Of a stretch of DNA of 64,000 nt, positions 54,019 to 63,282 are shown in pieces. How positions within the stretch are numbered: position 1 is the stretch's first letter; each line of letters begins with the position of its first letter. A program made the translations under genes and the position numbers. The DNA lies in assembly GCA_965219995.1 (NCBI GenBank), contig CBDCOX010000002.1:4992001-5056000 (forward strand). The letters run 5' to 3'. The stretch comes from Candidatus Latescibacterota bacterium. Lineage in GTDB: Bacteria > Latescibacterota > UBA2968 > GCA-2709665. Below the pieces are notes generated by a model, which was given only the letters and a program-made list of their open reading frames with translations, was not told where the DNA came from and searched no databases.

Positions 54019-54957
54019 TTGGAACACCAGGTCTTGAGTACGGACGTCGGTTCCCGGATTCAGCCGACCATCGTCGAGCACGTCGGCAGGACGCCGTTGT
54101 TGCGCATCCGGAAGTTCGCGGACCACCTGGACGGCGTTGAGATTTACGCGAAAATGGAGATGTTCAATCCGGGCGGATCGGTCAAGGACCGGCCGGCGCT
54201 GCAGATGATCCGGGACGCCGTCGCATCCGGTGAGCTGACTCCGGACAAGGTGATTATCGACTCCACGTCCGGGAATACGGGCATCGCCTACGCAATGATC
54301 GGCGCGGCGCTGGGGTACCGGGTGGAACTGGTGATGCCCGGCAGCGTGAGCGTGGAACGCAGGCACGTGATCCAGGCGTACGGGGCCAGCCTCGTTCTGA
54401 GCGATCCGCTGGAAGGCTCCGACGGCGCCATTCTCAAGTGCAGGGAGATTCTCGCGGCGAATCCGGATCGGTATTACAAGCCGGACCAGTACAATAACCC
54501 CTCGAATCCCAGGGCGCACTATCTGCAGACCGCGCCCGAAATCTGGCGGCAGACGCGCGGCCGCGTGACCCATTTCGTGACGACCCTCGGCACCAGCGGC
54601 ACGTTGATCGGCACCGGCCGGCGGCTGAAGGAATACAACCCCGAAATCCAGATTATCGCCGTGGAGCCGCCCGAGTTTCACGGAATCGAAGGACTCAAGA
54701 ATATGGACGTGTCCATCGTGCCGGGCATTTACGACCCTTCGGTGTGGGATCACAAGATCCGCGTGGAGACCGAAGACGCCTATGCGGCCGCCAGGCGGCT
54801 GACGCGCGAGCTGGGCGTTCCCGCCGGACAGTCGTGCGGCGCGGCCTTCGCCGGGGCGTTGCACGTGGCCGAGGATGCGGGAGAAGGGGTGGTGGTTACT
54901 CTGTTCCCGGACAGCGGCGAGAAATACATGAGCACGCCGCTCTGGCGCCTGGACTGA
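54019..54957 (+). CDS. cysM: PLP-dependent cysteine synthase, CysM-like (probably sulfur-carrier dependent)
   Basis: NPGGSVKDR, STSGNTG, QYNNP, GTSGT; adjacent to JAB and ThiS-like genes; start approximate. Confidence 0.85.
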   Translation: MEHQVLSTDVGSRIQPTIVEHVGRTPLLRIRKFADHLDGVEIYAKMEMFNPGGSVKDRPALQMIRDAVASGELTPDKVIIDSTSGNTGIAYAMIGAALGYRVELVMPGSVSVERRHVIQAYGASLVLSDPLEGSDGAILKCREILAANPDRYYKPDQYNNPSNPRAHYLQTAPEIWRQTRGRVTHFVTTLGTSGTLIGTGRRLKEYNPEIQIIAVEPPEFHGIEGLKNMDVSIVPGIYDPSVWDHKIRVETEDAYAAARRLTRELGVPAGQSCGAAFAGALHVAEDAGEGVVVTLFPDSGEKYMSTPLWRLD

Positions 54958-54969
54958 AGGAGAGCGGAT

Positions 54970-55437
54970 TTGGATCGGGCGGTCTGGAAAGAGATTCACG
55001 ATCACGCACGAAGGGATTACCCTGCCGAATGCTGCGGGATTGTCGCGGAAGGGACGGACGGCGGTTTTCAGGTGCATCCTTGCGAGAACATTCAGGACCG
55101 GCTGCACGCGCGAAACCCGGAGGAACATCCTCGGACCTCGAAAAACGCCTATCGGATGGACGATCTGGAAGTCCACTGGATTTTTACGGAGACGGAGAAG
55201 GCGGGCGGACGCGTGGTCGCGTTCTATCATTCGCACATCGACTGCGGCGCGTATTTTTCCGAGGAGGACCGCCAGGCCGCCATGTTCCTGGATCAGCCGG
55301 CCTTTCCCGACGTGGTGTACCTGGTGGTCTCCGTGGTGGACGGCGCCGTACGTGGCGCGGCGGGGTTCGCGTGGGACGAGAAGGCGAAGACATTTGCGGA
55401 ATCGGCGCTGGAGGGCTACGATCCGGCAATCCGATAG
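54970..55437 (+). CDS. JAB/MPN+ (Mec-like) metallopeptidase
   Basis: YPAECCG ... HSH-x7-S-x2-D (HSHIDCGAYFSEED). Confidence 0.92.
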   Translation: MDRAVWKEIHDHARRDYPAECCGIVAEGTDGGFQVHPCENIQDRLHARNPEEHPRTSKNAYRMDDLEVHWIFTETEKAGGRVVAFYHSHIDCGAYFSEEDRQAAMFLDQPAFPDVVYLVVSVVDGAVRGAAGFAWDEKAKTFAESALEGYDPAIR

Positions 55438-55564
55438 AGTCCGGATCGCGGGTGCGTGTGGCGAGGAACAAATAGCGTTCGGGCGCGAGGAAAAACGGAC
55501 AATCCGACGCGTTCATACGACAAATGCGGCTACTCAATTCAACCACAATCAGGAGGCTTGTACG

Positions 55565-55849
55565 ATGGGCTTGACCGTACGAATTCCGACGCCGCTGCGA
55601 AAATTCACGGGCGACCGCGCGGACGTTGAAGCCGATGGCTCGACGCTGGGAGAATTGCTCGACGACCTGGAAGCCAGACATCCGGGCATCAAGGAGAATC
55701 TGGTCGATGCGGACACCGGGGGCCTGCGCCGGTTTGTGAACGTATACGTCAACGACGAGGACGTCCGTTTTCTCGAGGGTACGGAGACGCCGCTCAAAGA
55801 CGGCGATAGCATAACCATTGTTCCGGCCATCGCCGGAGGGCGATGTTAG
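55565..55849 (+). CDS. ThiS/MoaD-family (CysO-like) sulfur carrier ending AIAGGRC
   Basis: RIPTPLR, RFVNVYVNDEDVRFL, IVPAIAGG-RC; AGGAGG RBS. Confidence 0.92.
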   Translation: MGLTVRIPTPLRKFTGDRADVEADGSTLGELLDDLEARHPGIKENLVDADTGGLRRFVNVYVNDEDVRFLEGTETPLKDGDSITIVPAIAGGRC

Positions 55850-55895
55850 CTTTACTGCCGTAGCCCATCTCCGCCATGCTGTTCGGAGGCCGCCG

Positions 55896-56324
55896 ATGCA
55901 GATCTCCTCGAAGGGAAACTACGGATTGCGTGCCGTTCTGGATCTGGCGCTGCACTACGGCGAGGGGGTCGTGCAGAGTGCGGACATCGCGACCCGACAG
56001 GACATTCCGGAGTCCTATCTTGCACAGTTGCTGAACCTGCTCCGCAATGCCGGGCTGGTGCGGAGCGTCAGGGGTCCTCGGGGCGGCCACGAGCTGGTCC
56101 GCCGGCCTGAAGACGTTACCGTGGGGGCGGTCCTGCAGGTCCTCGAGGGGCCGGTCCGGTTGTCCGGAGAAACGCCGGAAGGCGAGCACGGGACAAAGGA
56201 CGTTCTGCGGGAAGTCTATGAACGGCTGGAGGCGGCTGTGGAGGAAGTCCTGGATTCGGTCACGTTCGGCGATCTCTGCGCGAAATATCGAACCAAGAGC
56301 GGGCGAATTGTCTTTCGGATCTAG
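55896..56324 (+). CDS. Rrf2-family regulator, CymR-like
   Basis: YGLRAVLDLA, SVRGPRGG; lacks the IscR Cys triad; C-terminal ...VFRI; immediately before cysK. Confidence 0.88.
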   Translation: MQISSKGNYGLRAVLDLALHYGEGVVQSADIATRQDIPESYLAQLLNLLRNAGLVRSVRGPRGGHELVRRPEDVTVGAVLQVLEGPVRLSGETPEGEHGTKDVLREVYERLEAAVEEVLDSVTFGDLCAKYRTKSGRIVFRI

Positions 56325-56329
56325 ATATT

Positions 56330-57280
56330 ATGCCCACCGCCGGAGCGTACCCATTGGATTCCCTCAGGAAGGGCGAGAGCATTCTGGATCTCATCGGCGC
56401 GACGCCCATGGTCCGCCTGAACCGGGTGGCGCGCGCTGAGGGCGCCGACGTGTGGGCCAAACTGGAGGCATTCAATCCGGCGGGCAGCGTGAAAGACCGC
56501 ACGGCGCTGGCCATGATCGAGGCGGCCGAAGCGCGCGGGGCACTGAAGCCCGGAATGAGAATCATCGAGCCCACCAGCGGGAACACGGGCATCGGGCTGG
56601 CGATGGTGGCCGCCGTGAAGGGGTACCGGCTGACGATTACCATGCCGGAGGGCGTCAGCGACGAACGCCAGAAGCTGCTCAGGGCGCTCGGCGCCGAGGT
56701 CGTGTTGACGTCGGCCTATGACGGGATGCAGGGTACCATTCAGAAAGCGCTGGAACTGGTCGAGGACGGTACGGAGTGTTATCTGCCTCAACAGTTCGAA
56801 AATCCGGCCAATCCGGACGTGCACCGTCGAACGACGGCGCGGGAGATCCTGCGGCAGATGGATGGAGCGCCCGACGTCTTCGTCGCGGGCGTGGGCACAG
56901 GCGGGACGGTCACCGGCGTGGGAGAGGTCCTGAAGGCGGAATTTCCGGAAACCTGCATTGTCGGCGTCGAACCCCAGGATTCCGCGGTGTTGTCCGGCGG
57001 CCAAGCCGGACCCACGGAAATCGACGGGCTTGGCGCCGGGATGGTCCCCGACGTGCTCAATGTGGATATCCTCGACCGCGTCGTTCCGGTGACCAATGTT
57101 CAGGCGCGACGGATGTCGCGCAGACTGGCGAGAGAAGAGGGCATCCTGGCCGGCATTTCATCCGGCGCCGCGGCCCATGCCGCCACAGCGATTGCCCGCC
57201 CGATGTCGCCGGATAAACGTGTGGTCGTGATCCTGCCGGATACGGGTGAACGTTATATGGACGCTTATCTCTTTGCGTAA
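56330..57280 (+). CDS. cysK: Cysteine synthase A
   Basis: NPAGSVKDR, EPTSGNTG, QQFENPAN, GVGTGGT, PDTGERY. Confidence 0.93.
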   Translation: MPTAGAYPLDSLRKGESILDLIGATPMVRLNRVARAEGADVWAKLEAFNPAGSVKDRTALAMIEAAEARGALKPGMRIIEPTSGNTGIGLAMVAAVKGYRLTITMPEGVSDERQKLLRALGAEVVLTSAYDGMQGTIQKALELVEDGTECYLPQQFENPANPDVHRRTTAREILRQMDGAPDVFVAGVGTGGTVTGVGEVLKAEFPETCIVGVEPQDSAVLSGGQAGPTEIDGLGAGMVPDVLNVDILDRVVPVTNVQARRMSRRLAREEGILAGISSGAAAHAATAIARPMSPDKRVVVILPDTGERYMDAYLFA

Positions 57281-57289
57281 GCGGGTCCG

Positions 57290-57332
57290 AAAAAAAACGC
57301 GCCCGGTGTCTACTGAGACACCGGGCGCGTTT
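57290..57332. terminator. Bidirectional terminator between cysK and rpsT
   Basis: AAACGCGCCCGGTGTCT...AGACACCGGGCGCGTTT. Confidence 0.8.
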
Positions 57333-57350
57333 CTGTCTACGAGAGGTCGT

Positions 57351-57602
57351 CTACATGGCATTTGCCCGTCGCGCGAGGTCGGATTTGTACCTGGCAGCGG
57401 TGTTTCGATGCAGGACACCCTTCCGTACGCTTTTGTCAATGACCGATACAGCCTGCGGCATCAACGCTTCCATTTCCCCTCTGTCACTGGTATTCGCCGC
57501 CTTTTTGAGGACGGTTCTCAGAGCGGAACGCGCGCTTCGATTGCGCAGCCGGGCTCTCCGGTTCTGCCGGAGCCTCTTGTGGGAAGACTTGAGCGTGGGC
57601 AA
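57351..57602 (-). CDS. rpsT: 30S ribosomal protein S20
   Basis: KSSHKRLRQ...RNRS..S.LRT..K, IDK...KGVLHRNTAARYKS; TTG start after AGGAGG. Confidence 0.95.
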   Translation of the reverse strand: MPTLKSSHKRLRQNRRARLRNRSARSALRTVLKKAANTSDRGEMEALMPQAVSVIDKSVRKGVLHRNTAARYKSDLARRANAM

Positions 57603-57809
57603 TTCGTACCTCCTTCGCGCCCCCGCGGGCGGGAGCGAACAATTCAGATTTCATCAGATATCGAAGCGAAAAATGTAATAAAAAACGTCACCTTCCACAA
57701 CAGAATTATTGAAAGTTCCTGAATACCATTTCGTTTCCCTTGCGCCGCAACCGCTTTATTTCCCGACAGATCGTAAAATTTCCCGCCGTGCGGACTGCCG
57801 CGCCGGTTC

Positions 57810-58730
57810 TCAATTGACCTTCAGTAAATCCACCTCGAAGACGAGCGTCGAGCCGGGCGGGATTGTGGCAATGCTGCGGTCGCCGTAGGCAAGATGGGAA
57901 GGTATGTAGAACACATATTTGGCGCCTTCCTTCATCAGCTGCAATCCCTCCGTCCAGCCTCTGATGACGCCGTTGAGCGGGAATGTTGCCGGTTTTCCGC
58001 GTTTGATGGAGCTGTCGAATTCGGTGCCGTCGAGAAGGGTGCCCCGGTAGTGCACCGTCACCTTGTCGGTGGCGGAGGGCGACTTCCCGGTACCCTCTCT
58101 GGTCACCTTATACTGCAGTCCGCTCGGGAGCTCAACGACGCCGTCCCTTGTCTTGTTTTCCGCCAGGAACTGCCTGCCCTCCTCTTTGTTCTTCATCGCC
58201 ATTTCTCCAATGTTGGGTCTCGCGCCGCGCGCCTTCATCTGCGCCCGCTGCTTTTCGATCATCGTTTCCCGCAGCGAAGCCATTGTGGCTTCGATCTCCT
58301 CTTTGGTCATCCGCGATTCTGTTTTTAATACGCGGTCCTTTACACCGAGCGAGAACGCATCGGGGTCAACTTCAATTCCACTATTCTGGCGCAGGCCGTT
58401 TACGATGTCTCTGCCCACGGCGTAACCGAGCGAATAGTTGAGTTTCTGCGTGTCCGGTATGTCTTTCTCCTGGCGAAAGGCCAGCAGCGTCTGCTCCATT
58501 TCCTCACGGGTGTAGAGGGTCCCGCCGCCCGCCGCCGCTTCTCTGACGCCCTTTCCGTACGCATCGGCATCGAGCGGGATCTGCGTTTTTTGCAGCCCTT
58601 TCGCGACTTCCTGGCCGATCGTGAATCCCAGGCTGTAGCTGGTTCGCTCGTTTTCGGTTGCCAGTTCCTTTTTTTCTGCTTCACATGCGATGAGTAGAAG
58701 CGATACAAGCAATATACATCCTTTTCTCAT
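57810..58730 (-). CDS. FKBP-type peptidyl-prolyl isomerase lipoprotein (FkpA/Mip-like) with duplicated N-domain
   Basis: Lipobox LIAC; two SYSLG/NYSLG units; LPSGLQY, VHYRGTL, FDSS, VIRGWTEGL. Confidence 0.92.
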   Translation of the reverse strand: MRKGCILLVSLLLIACEAEKKELATENERTSYSLGFTIGQEVAKGLQKTQIPLDADAYGKGVREAAAGGGTLYTREEMEQTLLAFRQEKDIPDTQKLNYSLGYAVGRDIVNGLRQNSGIEVDPDAFSLGVKDRVLKTESRMTKEEIEATMASLRETMIEKQRAQMKARGARPNIGEMAMKNKEEGRQFLAENKTRDGVVELPSGLQYKVTREGTGKSPSATDKVTVHYRGTLLDGTEFDSSIKRGKPATFPLNGVIRGWTEGLQLMKEGAKYVFYIPSHLAYGDRSIATIPPGSTLVFEVDLLKVN

Positions 58731-58859
58731 TGAACTCTCCTGTCTGATTGGGTGAATTCTCCGCTTGCCGCGGCACATCAGGAACGGGAGTCGTGTCGAA
58801 CGGGCAAAAGAGGCTGACACTTCCGTTCATGGCCCGCCGTCGAACGGCGCCGTTCGTGG

Positions 58860-59627
58860 TCAGCGTATGTAGATCCCTCCGTTGGCGTCGATGATTTCGC
58901 CTGTGATGAAGCTGCCCTGGTCCGATGCGAGGAGCAGCACGGCGCCGACCATTTCCTCGGGTCGGCCTACGCGCTTCAGCGGTGTGGCTTCTCCAAAGGA
59001 CTCGAGTTGCTCCGGTGTGGAGTGCCGGTGCTGCATCGGGGTGTCGATCACGCCCGGCGCAAGGGCATTGACCCGGATGCCGAACGGCGCAAGCTCTCTG
59101 GCGAGTCCCCGTGTGAAGGTATTGACGCCGCCCTTTGCCGTGCCGTAGGGCAGGGTGCCGCCGCCCCCCCCGGTATGACCCGCCACCGACGAGATATTTA
59201 CAATGACGCCGGCGCCGGTTTCTTTCATGGCGGGAATGGCCGCGCGACAGCAAAGGAAAACACTCTTCAGGTTGACGCTGATGATGTGGTCCCACACGTC
59301 GTCCGGGCACTCCGCAATGGACACCTTGTCCATCCACTGACCGGCGTTGTTGATCAGTACATCCAGTCGTCCGCCGTAGACTTCGAGGGTATGGTCCACC
59401 AGGCGCTGGACGTCTCGGGCGCTGCAGACGTCGGTCCTTACGGTCTCGACGCGGCCCTCCGACGTCGCGGCGTCTGCTTTGAGCGCGTCCGCGCCGGCCT
59501 TGTTGCTATTGTAGGTGGCCATGACCGATGCGCCCTCGTTCGCCAGGGCGAGTGCGACCGCCCGGCCGATTCCGCTGCTGGCGCCGGTTACGACAGCAAC
59601 TCTGCCGGTGAATTGCCGGTTACTCAT
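58860..59627 (-). CDS. SDR-family oxidoreductase
   Basis: TGASSGIG, NNAG, YGTAK. Confidence 0.93.
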   Translation of the reverse strand: MSNRQFTGRVAVVTGASSGIGRAVALALANEGASVMATYNSNKAGADALKADAATSEGRVETVRTDVCSARDVQRLVDHTLEVYGGRLDVLINNAGQWMDKVSIAECPDDVWDHIISVNLKSVFLCCRAAIPAMKETGAGVIVNISSVAGHTGGGGGTLPYGTAKGGVNTFTRGLARELAPFGIRVNALAPGVIDTPMQHRHSTPEQLESFGEATPLKRVGRPEEMVGAVLLLASDQGSFITGEIIDANGGIYIR

Positions 59628-59669
59628 ATCTGTCCTCTCTCGGTGCAAGTTGCTGTTCGGCGTCATTAA

Positions 59670-60437
59670 TCATGGCTTGTCGAAGAGCCTCTTCCAGTCC
59701 GAGAATGCCATCTGTCCACCGTCCGCGACAAGCGTCTGTCCGGTAATGAACCGGGCGTCTTCAGTGGTGAGAAAGTATGCAATACCCGCGATTTCTTCCG
59801 GTTCGCCGTAGCGGCCCTGAGGAATGAGCTTGAGGTAATTTCCCAGGGTCTCGGCGTCGTCCAGCAGGTCGTCGTTCGCCGGCGTGTTGATCACGCCGGG
59901 GCAGATCGCGTTGACGCGTACGTTGTGCGACGCGAATTCTCCCGCGGCGGTCCGGGTAAAGGCGACAAGCGCCGCTTTGGAGGAGTCGTACGCCGCGGAG
60001 CCCTTGCTGGATACCATTGCATTTCGGGACGCGATATTGACGATTGCGCCGTCGCCTCGTTCGATCATCCCGGGTGCGGTTTCCCGGGTCAGGATGAACG
60101 GGGCAGTGGCGTTGATCCTGTATATTTCCTCCCACCGGTCGAGGGCGATGTCGACCAGGGGTTCATAGCACCAGGCCCCGGCATTGTTCACAAGTACGTC
60201 AATGGTGCCGTTCTCTCTTGCGAGGCCCGCCACCAGTTCCGGTATGGACTCCAGATCGTTCAGGTCGAAGACGCACGGAATGACGCCGCAAACCCGCCCG
60301 GCCAGTTTTTCGAGGGCGCGCTCCGAACGGTCCAGGGCGACAATCCGATCGCCTTCGTTTGAGAACCGTTCCGCAATCGCTCTCCCGATGCCGCTGGCGG
60401 CGCCGGTGACCAGCGCCAGCCTTCCGGACCTGTTCAT
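59670..60437 (-). CDS. SDR-family oxidoreductase
   Basis: TGAASGIG, NNAG, YDSSK. Confidence 0.93.
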   Translation of the reverse strand: MNRSGRLALVTGAASGIGRAIAERFSNEGDRIVALDRSERALEKLAGRVCGVIPCVFDLNDLESIPELVAGLARENGTIDVLVNNAGAWCYEPLVDIALDRWEEIYRINATAPFILTRETAPGMIERGDGAIVNIASRNAMVSSKGSAAYDSSKAALVAFTRTAAGEFASHNVRVNAICPGVINTPANDDLLDDAETLGNYLKLIPQGRYGEPEEIAGIAYFLTTEDARFITGQTLVADGGQMAFSDWKRLFDKP

Positions 60438-60528
60438 GGACGAACGCCTCCGGATCGACGGACGACCCCGCAACGCGGGAAGAGAAACGACATGAATCCG
60501 CCGACCTTTCGCCGCGTGATCGTGTCCA

Positions 60529-61731
60529 CTACAGCCATCCCGCGACGGTCCACATGGCGCTCAGCCGCCCGAAGGGTGCGTTGACGAGTCTCCGGGCATC
60601 CGCCACGGGGTCGCCCCCGTAGGTGCGAATGAACTCGGCACGGATCCGTTCTTCCAGGCCCGTGGTTGCTTTCAGCGGGATGTCGACCCAGCCGCCCCCC
60701 GTGTCCGCGCTTTCCCGCACCGCCACCCACATTTCAAAGTCCAGCCGGCCACCGGCGGCGCCGTATTGCGGTTTTGTATTGCGGGTGACGGCCGTATGCA
60801 GACTCTCGAGGATGGCGGCTTTGGCCACGTCGTCCTGGCTGGAGACCCTGTACGGCTTGTACGGATTGTCCCAGGCGACGGGAGGGTCCGTGTCCACCTG
60901 AACCCTCGCCAGGACCCGTTCTCCATTGACTTCTTCATAGATTTCGCGAATGGGATAGGTCTCGCGCCCGGCGGGGTTGTAAAGCGTCAATTCGCCGCCC
61001 GAGAGGTAACCGTTCAGACCTTCGATGTCCCAGTTCATGCCGGAAGCGGCGCCGGGGGCGGTGGGCATCTCGTAGATGCACGCCACGTCGTTTTCGAATT
61101 CGATCACGCCGGATTCCCACCATCGGGCCGTTTCGTCACCCCCGCCGTAGTTCTTGTAGGGCGGTACCTCTACGGCCTGGGCGTAGCCCATCGCGCGCCG
61201 GGGTCTGCTGTCCAGAATGGCACGAACGGCGTTCAGGCCGTGGTAACTGCCCGCGGGATACCGGAGACGGGCATGGGTGAGCCTGCCCAGGACGCCTTCT
61301 CGCGCGATTTTCTGTTTGAGCCGTTCGTTGGGCCAGAGCCAGACGTTTTCAGCGACCTCCCACTTCAGTCCCTTTGCCCCTGCCGCGCGGTCGATCGCGT
61401 CTCCCATGTCCAGCGTGAGCGCATAGGGGATTTCGGTGACGATATGGCAACCGTGCGCAACGCCCGCGAGGGCCGCCACCGTCTGACCGTCGGTGGGGAG
61501 CAGGACAAAAAAGACATCCGGCTTCTGTTCTTCAAGCAGCGTTTCGATACCCGTATAGCGCGCCGGAACGTCGAACAATTCCCCCGCCGCGTGCAGGGCG
61601 TCTTCACCGGCGTCGCAGATTGCGCAAAGGTCGTAGAGATGCGCCAGCTTACGGATCGTGGCCAGGTAGCCTCTGGCGCGCGATCCCGGCTGGGCGCCGA
61701 CACCGGCAACGGCCATGCGCAGCCTGGGCAT
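60529..61731 (-). CDS. Gfo/Idh/MocA-family oxidoreductase
   Basis: Rossmann start MAVAGVG, CAICD, TEIP, VAEN. Confidence 0.8.
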   Translation of the reverse strand: MPRLRMAVAGVGAQPGSRARGYLATIRKLAHLYDLCAICDAGEDALHAAGELFDVPARYTGIETLLEEQKPDVFFVLLPTDGQTVAALAGVAHGCHIVTEIPYALTLDMGDAIDRAAGAKGLKWEVAENVWLWPNERLKQKIAREGVLGRLTHARLRYPAGSYHGLNAVRAILDSRPRRAMGYAQAVEVPPYKNYGGGDETARWWESGVIEFENDVACIYEMPTAPGAASGMNWDIEGLNGYLSGGELTLYNPAGRETYPIREIYEEVNGERVLARVQVDTDPPVAWDNPYKPYRVSSQDDVAKAAILESLHTAVTRNTKPQYGAAGGRLDFEMWVAVRESADTGGGWVDIPLKATTGLEERIRAEFIRTYGGDPVADARRLVNAPFGRLSAMWTVAGWL

Positions 61732-61871
61732 GCGAAGGGTTCCTCGAGTTTATACGCGGCGACCGCCCGGTCCCACGCAATGACGCTGAGATCGGGACGA
61801 ACGGTGTGTGATCGCGCCGCGCGGGACTTCCATCGTGTCGGGGTAGGGTGGCTGAAACGCCGTAGATGCGG

Positions 61872-62681
61872 TCACGGGATGTAGTCTTCAGCGCTGTCCT
61901 GGGGGACAAAGCCCAGAACGTCCCGCGCATGGCCCATGTCCACCCAGCAGTACCTGTTGTTGGAGATGCTGTAGAAGATATCGAAGCGGAGATCGTCCGG
62001 CGCGTTGATACAGTCTTCGGTAATCTTCACGACGTCGCGCTGGCTGCACCAGACCGCGGAGAGTTCAGGGCTGGCCGGCCGGTCTTCGGCGTTGACCGCC
62101 CCGATCCGCAGGGAAATACTCGAGAGCCCGTGGACGTCGGCGTAGAATCGAGCCAGGGCTTCGCCCCAGACCTTGCTCGCGGAATAGGGTTCCGTGGGCC
62201 GCGTGGGGTCTTTGTGCGTCACAATGGGGATGGGATCGGGAACCTCGTCGAACCGGCACTCTCTAATGGCCTTGTAGGGTTCGTCGTCCTGATACCCCCA
62301 GTTGGTCATGATGGAACTGGCGTAGATGATCCGACCGACCCCTGCGATGCGGCACGCTTCGAAGACGTTGTAGGCGCCGATCACATTGCTTTTCAGGATG
62401 TCGTCCCAACTCGCTTCGGGCCGGGGATCCGCGGCCATCTGGACAACTGTGTCCATGCCGCTGACGGCGTTCTGCACCGCCTCCGCATCGGAGAGGTCCG
62501 CGAGGTGAAATCTGTCGTCCGGGATGGTGAGTACCCGTCCGTCGGGCGCCCGGTCGGAAGGATAGCGCCTGCGCGCGAGGGCGTAGGTGTCGTATGCGTC
62601 GGGCGACTGGATCAGATGCTCGTAGATGGCGCCGGGAATGAGGCCGTATACGCCGGTGACGAGGACTTTTCGGGGGGGCAT
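61872..62681 (-). CDS. NAD-dependent epimerase/dehydratase (uronate dehydrogenase-like)
   Basis: VTGVYGLIP, YASS, YSASKVWGE, LRIG. Confidence 0.88.
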   Translation of the reverse strand: MPPRKVLVTGVYGLIPGAIYEHLIQSPDAYDTYALARRRYPSDRAPDGRVLTIPDDRFHLADLSDAEAVQNAVSGMDTVVQMAADPRPEASWDDILKSNVIGAYNVFEACRIAGVGRIIYASSIMTNWGYQDDEPYKAIRECRFDEVPDPIPIVTHKDPTRPTEPYSASKVWGEALARFYADVHGLSSISLRIGAVNAEDRPASPELSAVWCSQRDVVKITEDCINAPDDLRFDIFYSISNNRYCWVDMGHARDVLGFVPQDSAEDYIP

Positions 62682-62908
62682 GTCACCTCCATAGACGGAT
62701 AGGTTCGAGTGAGAGCAAGGTCCGGTTGAACGTTGGGGCTCTTGAGGTAAATCGAAAGTTTCCAGTTAATTGCAGCGGTCGAGCTGAGATTCTGAACCGA
62801 TGCCGATGCCCGAACGGCACCTGTTCGGCCGGCGGATCAAGGTAACGAAAATGCGTGAATGGCGAAAGAGAAAACGCAAGCGCCCGCCTCATGCGGCAAG
62901 CGCAAAAC

Positions 62909-63021
62909 CGGTGAGACGGTAGATGACCTTGCCCGACTGGCTATTCATCGATGCCTCCGGCACGAAATGAAACCGCACCGGGCAGTGACATCCTCTCCCG
63001 TCTCACGTCTTGCGTCTCACC
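62909..63021. repeat. Heptamer-bounded modular element, locus 6 (core A)
   Basis: CGGTGAGACGGTAGATGA-core A-TCTCCCGTCTCACGTCTTGCGTCTCACC. Confidence 0.8.
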
Positions 63022-63078
63022 AGGGGAAGGGGGCTGGGGCGTGAGGGACTCCGGCCAATGGGGAGGAATTGAATTTCG

Positions 63079-63106
63079 TTGACACGCGCCGTGACGATTC
63101 TATATT
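63079..63106 (+). promoter_or_regulatory. Sigma70 promoter upstream of the UMP kinase-like gene
   Basis: TTGACA-16-TATATT. Confidence 0.6.
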
Positions 63107-63282
63107 GAATCTGTATAGAATCCAGGGCAGCGTTCCGGATCAGGCACTCGCGATATCCCCATCGGCCCGCCTCGCGACACCGCCATGGCCGGGATCCTCC
63201 CTCTATCCCCGGACCGGACCATTCTCTCCCGTTGATCATCCCTCATTTTCCTCCCATCCGCACCCCGGAGTATACCAGAATA

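Noticed and set aside
63110-63282. PyrR-binding loop or ykkC-type riboswitch
   Set aside because: AATCCAGGGCAG only loosely resembles the PyrR consensus; no terminator or ykkC 3' motif is visible.
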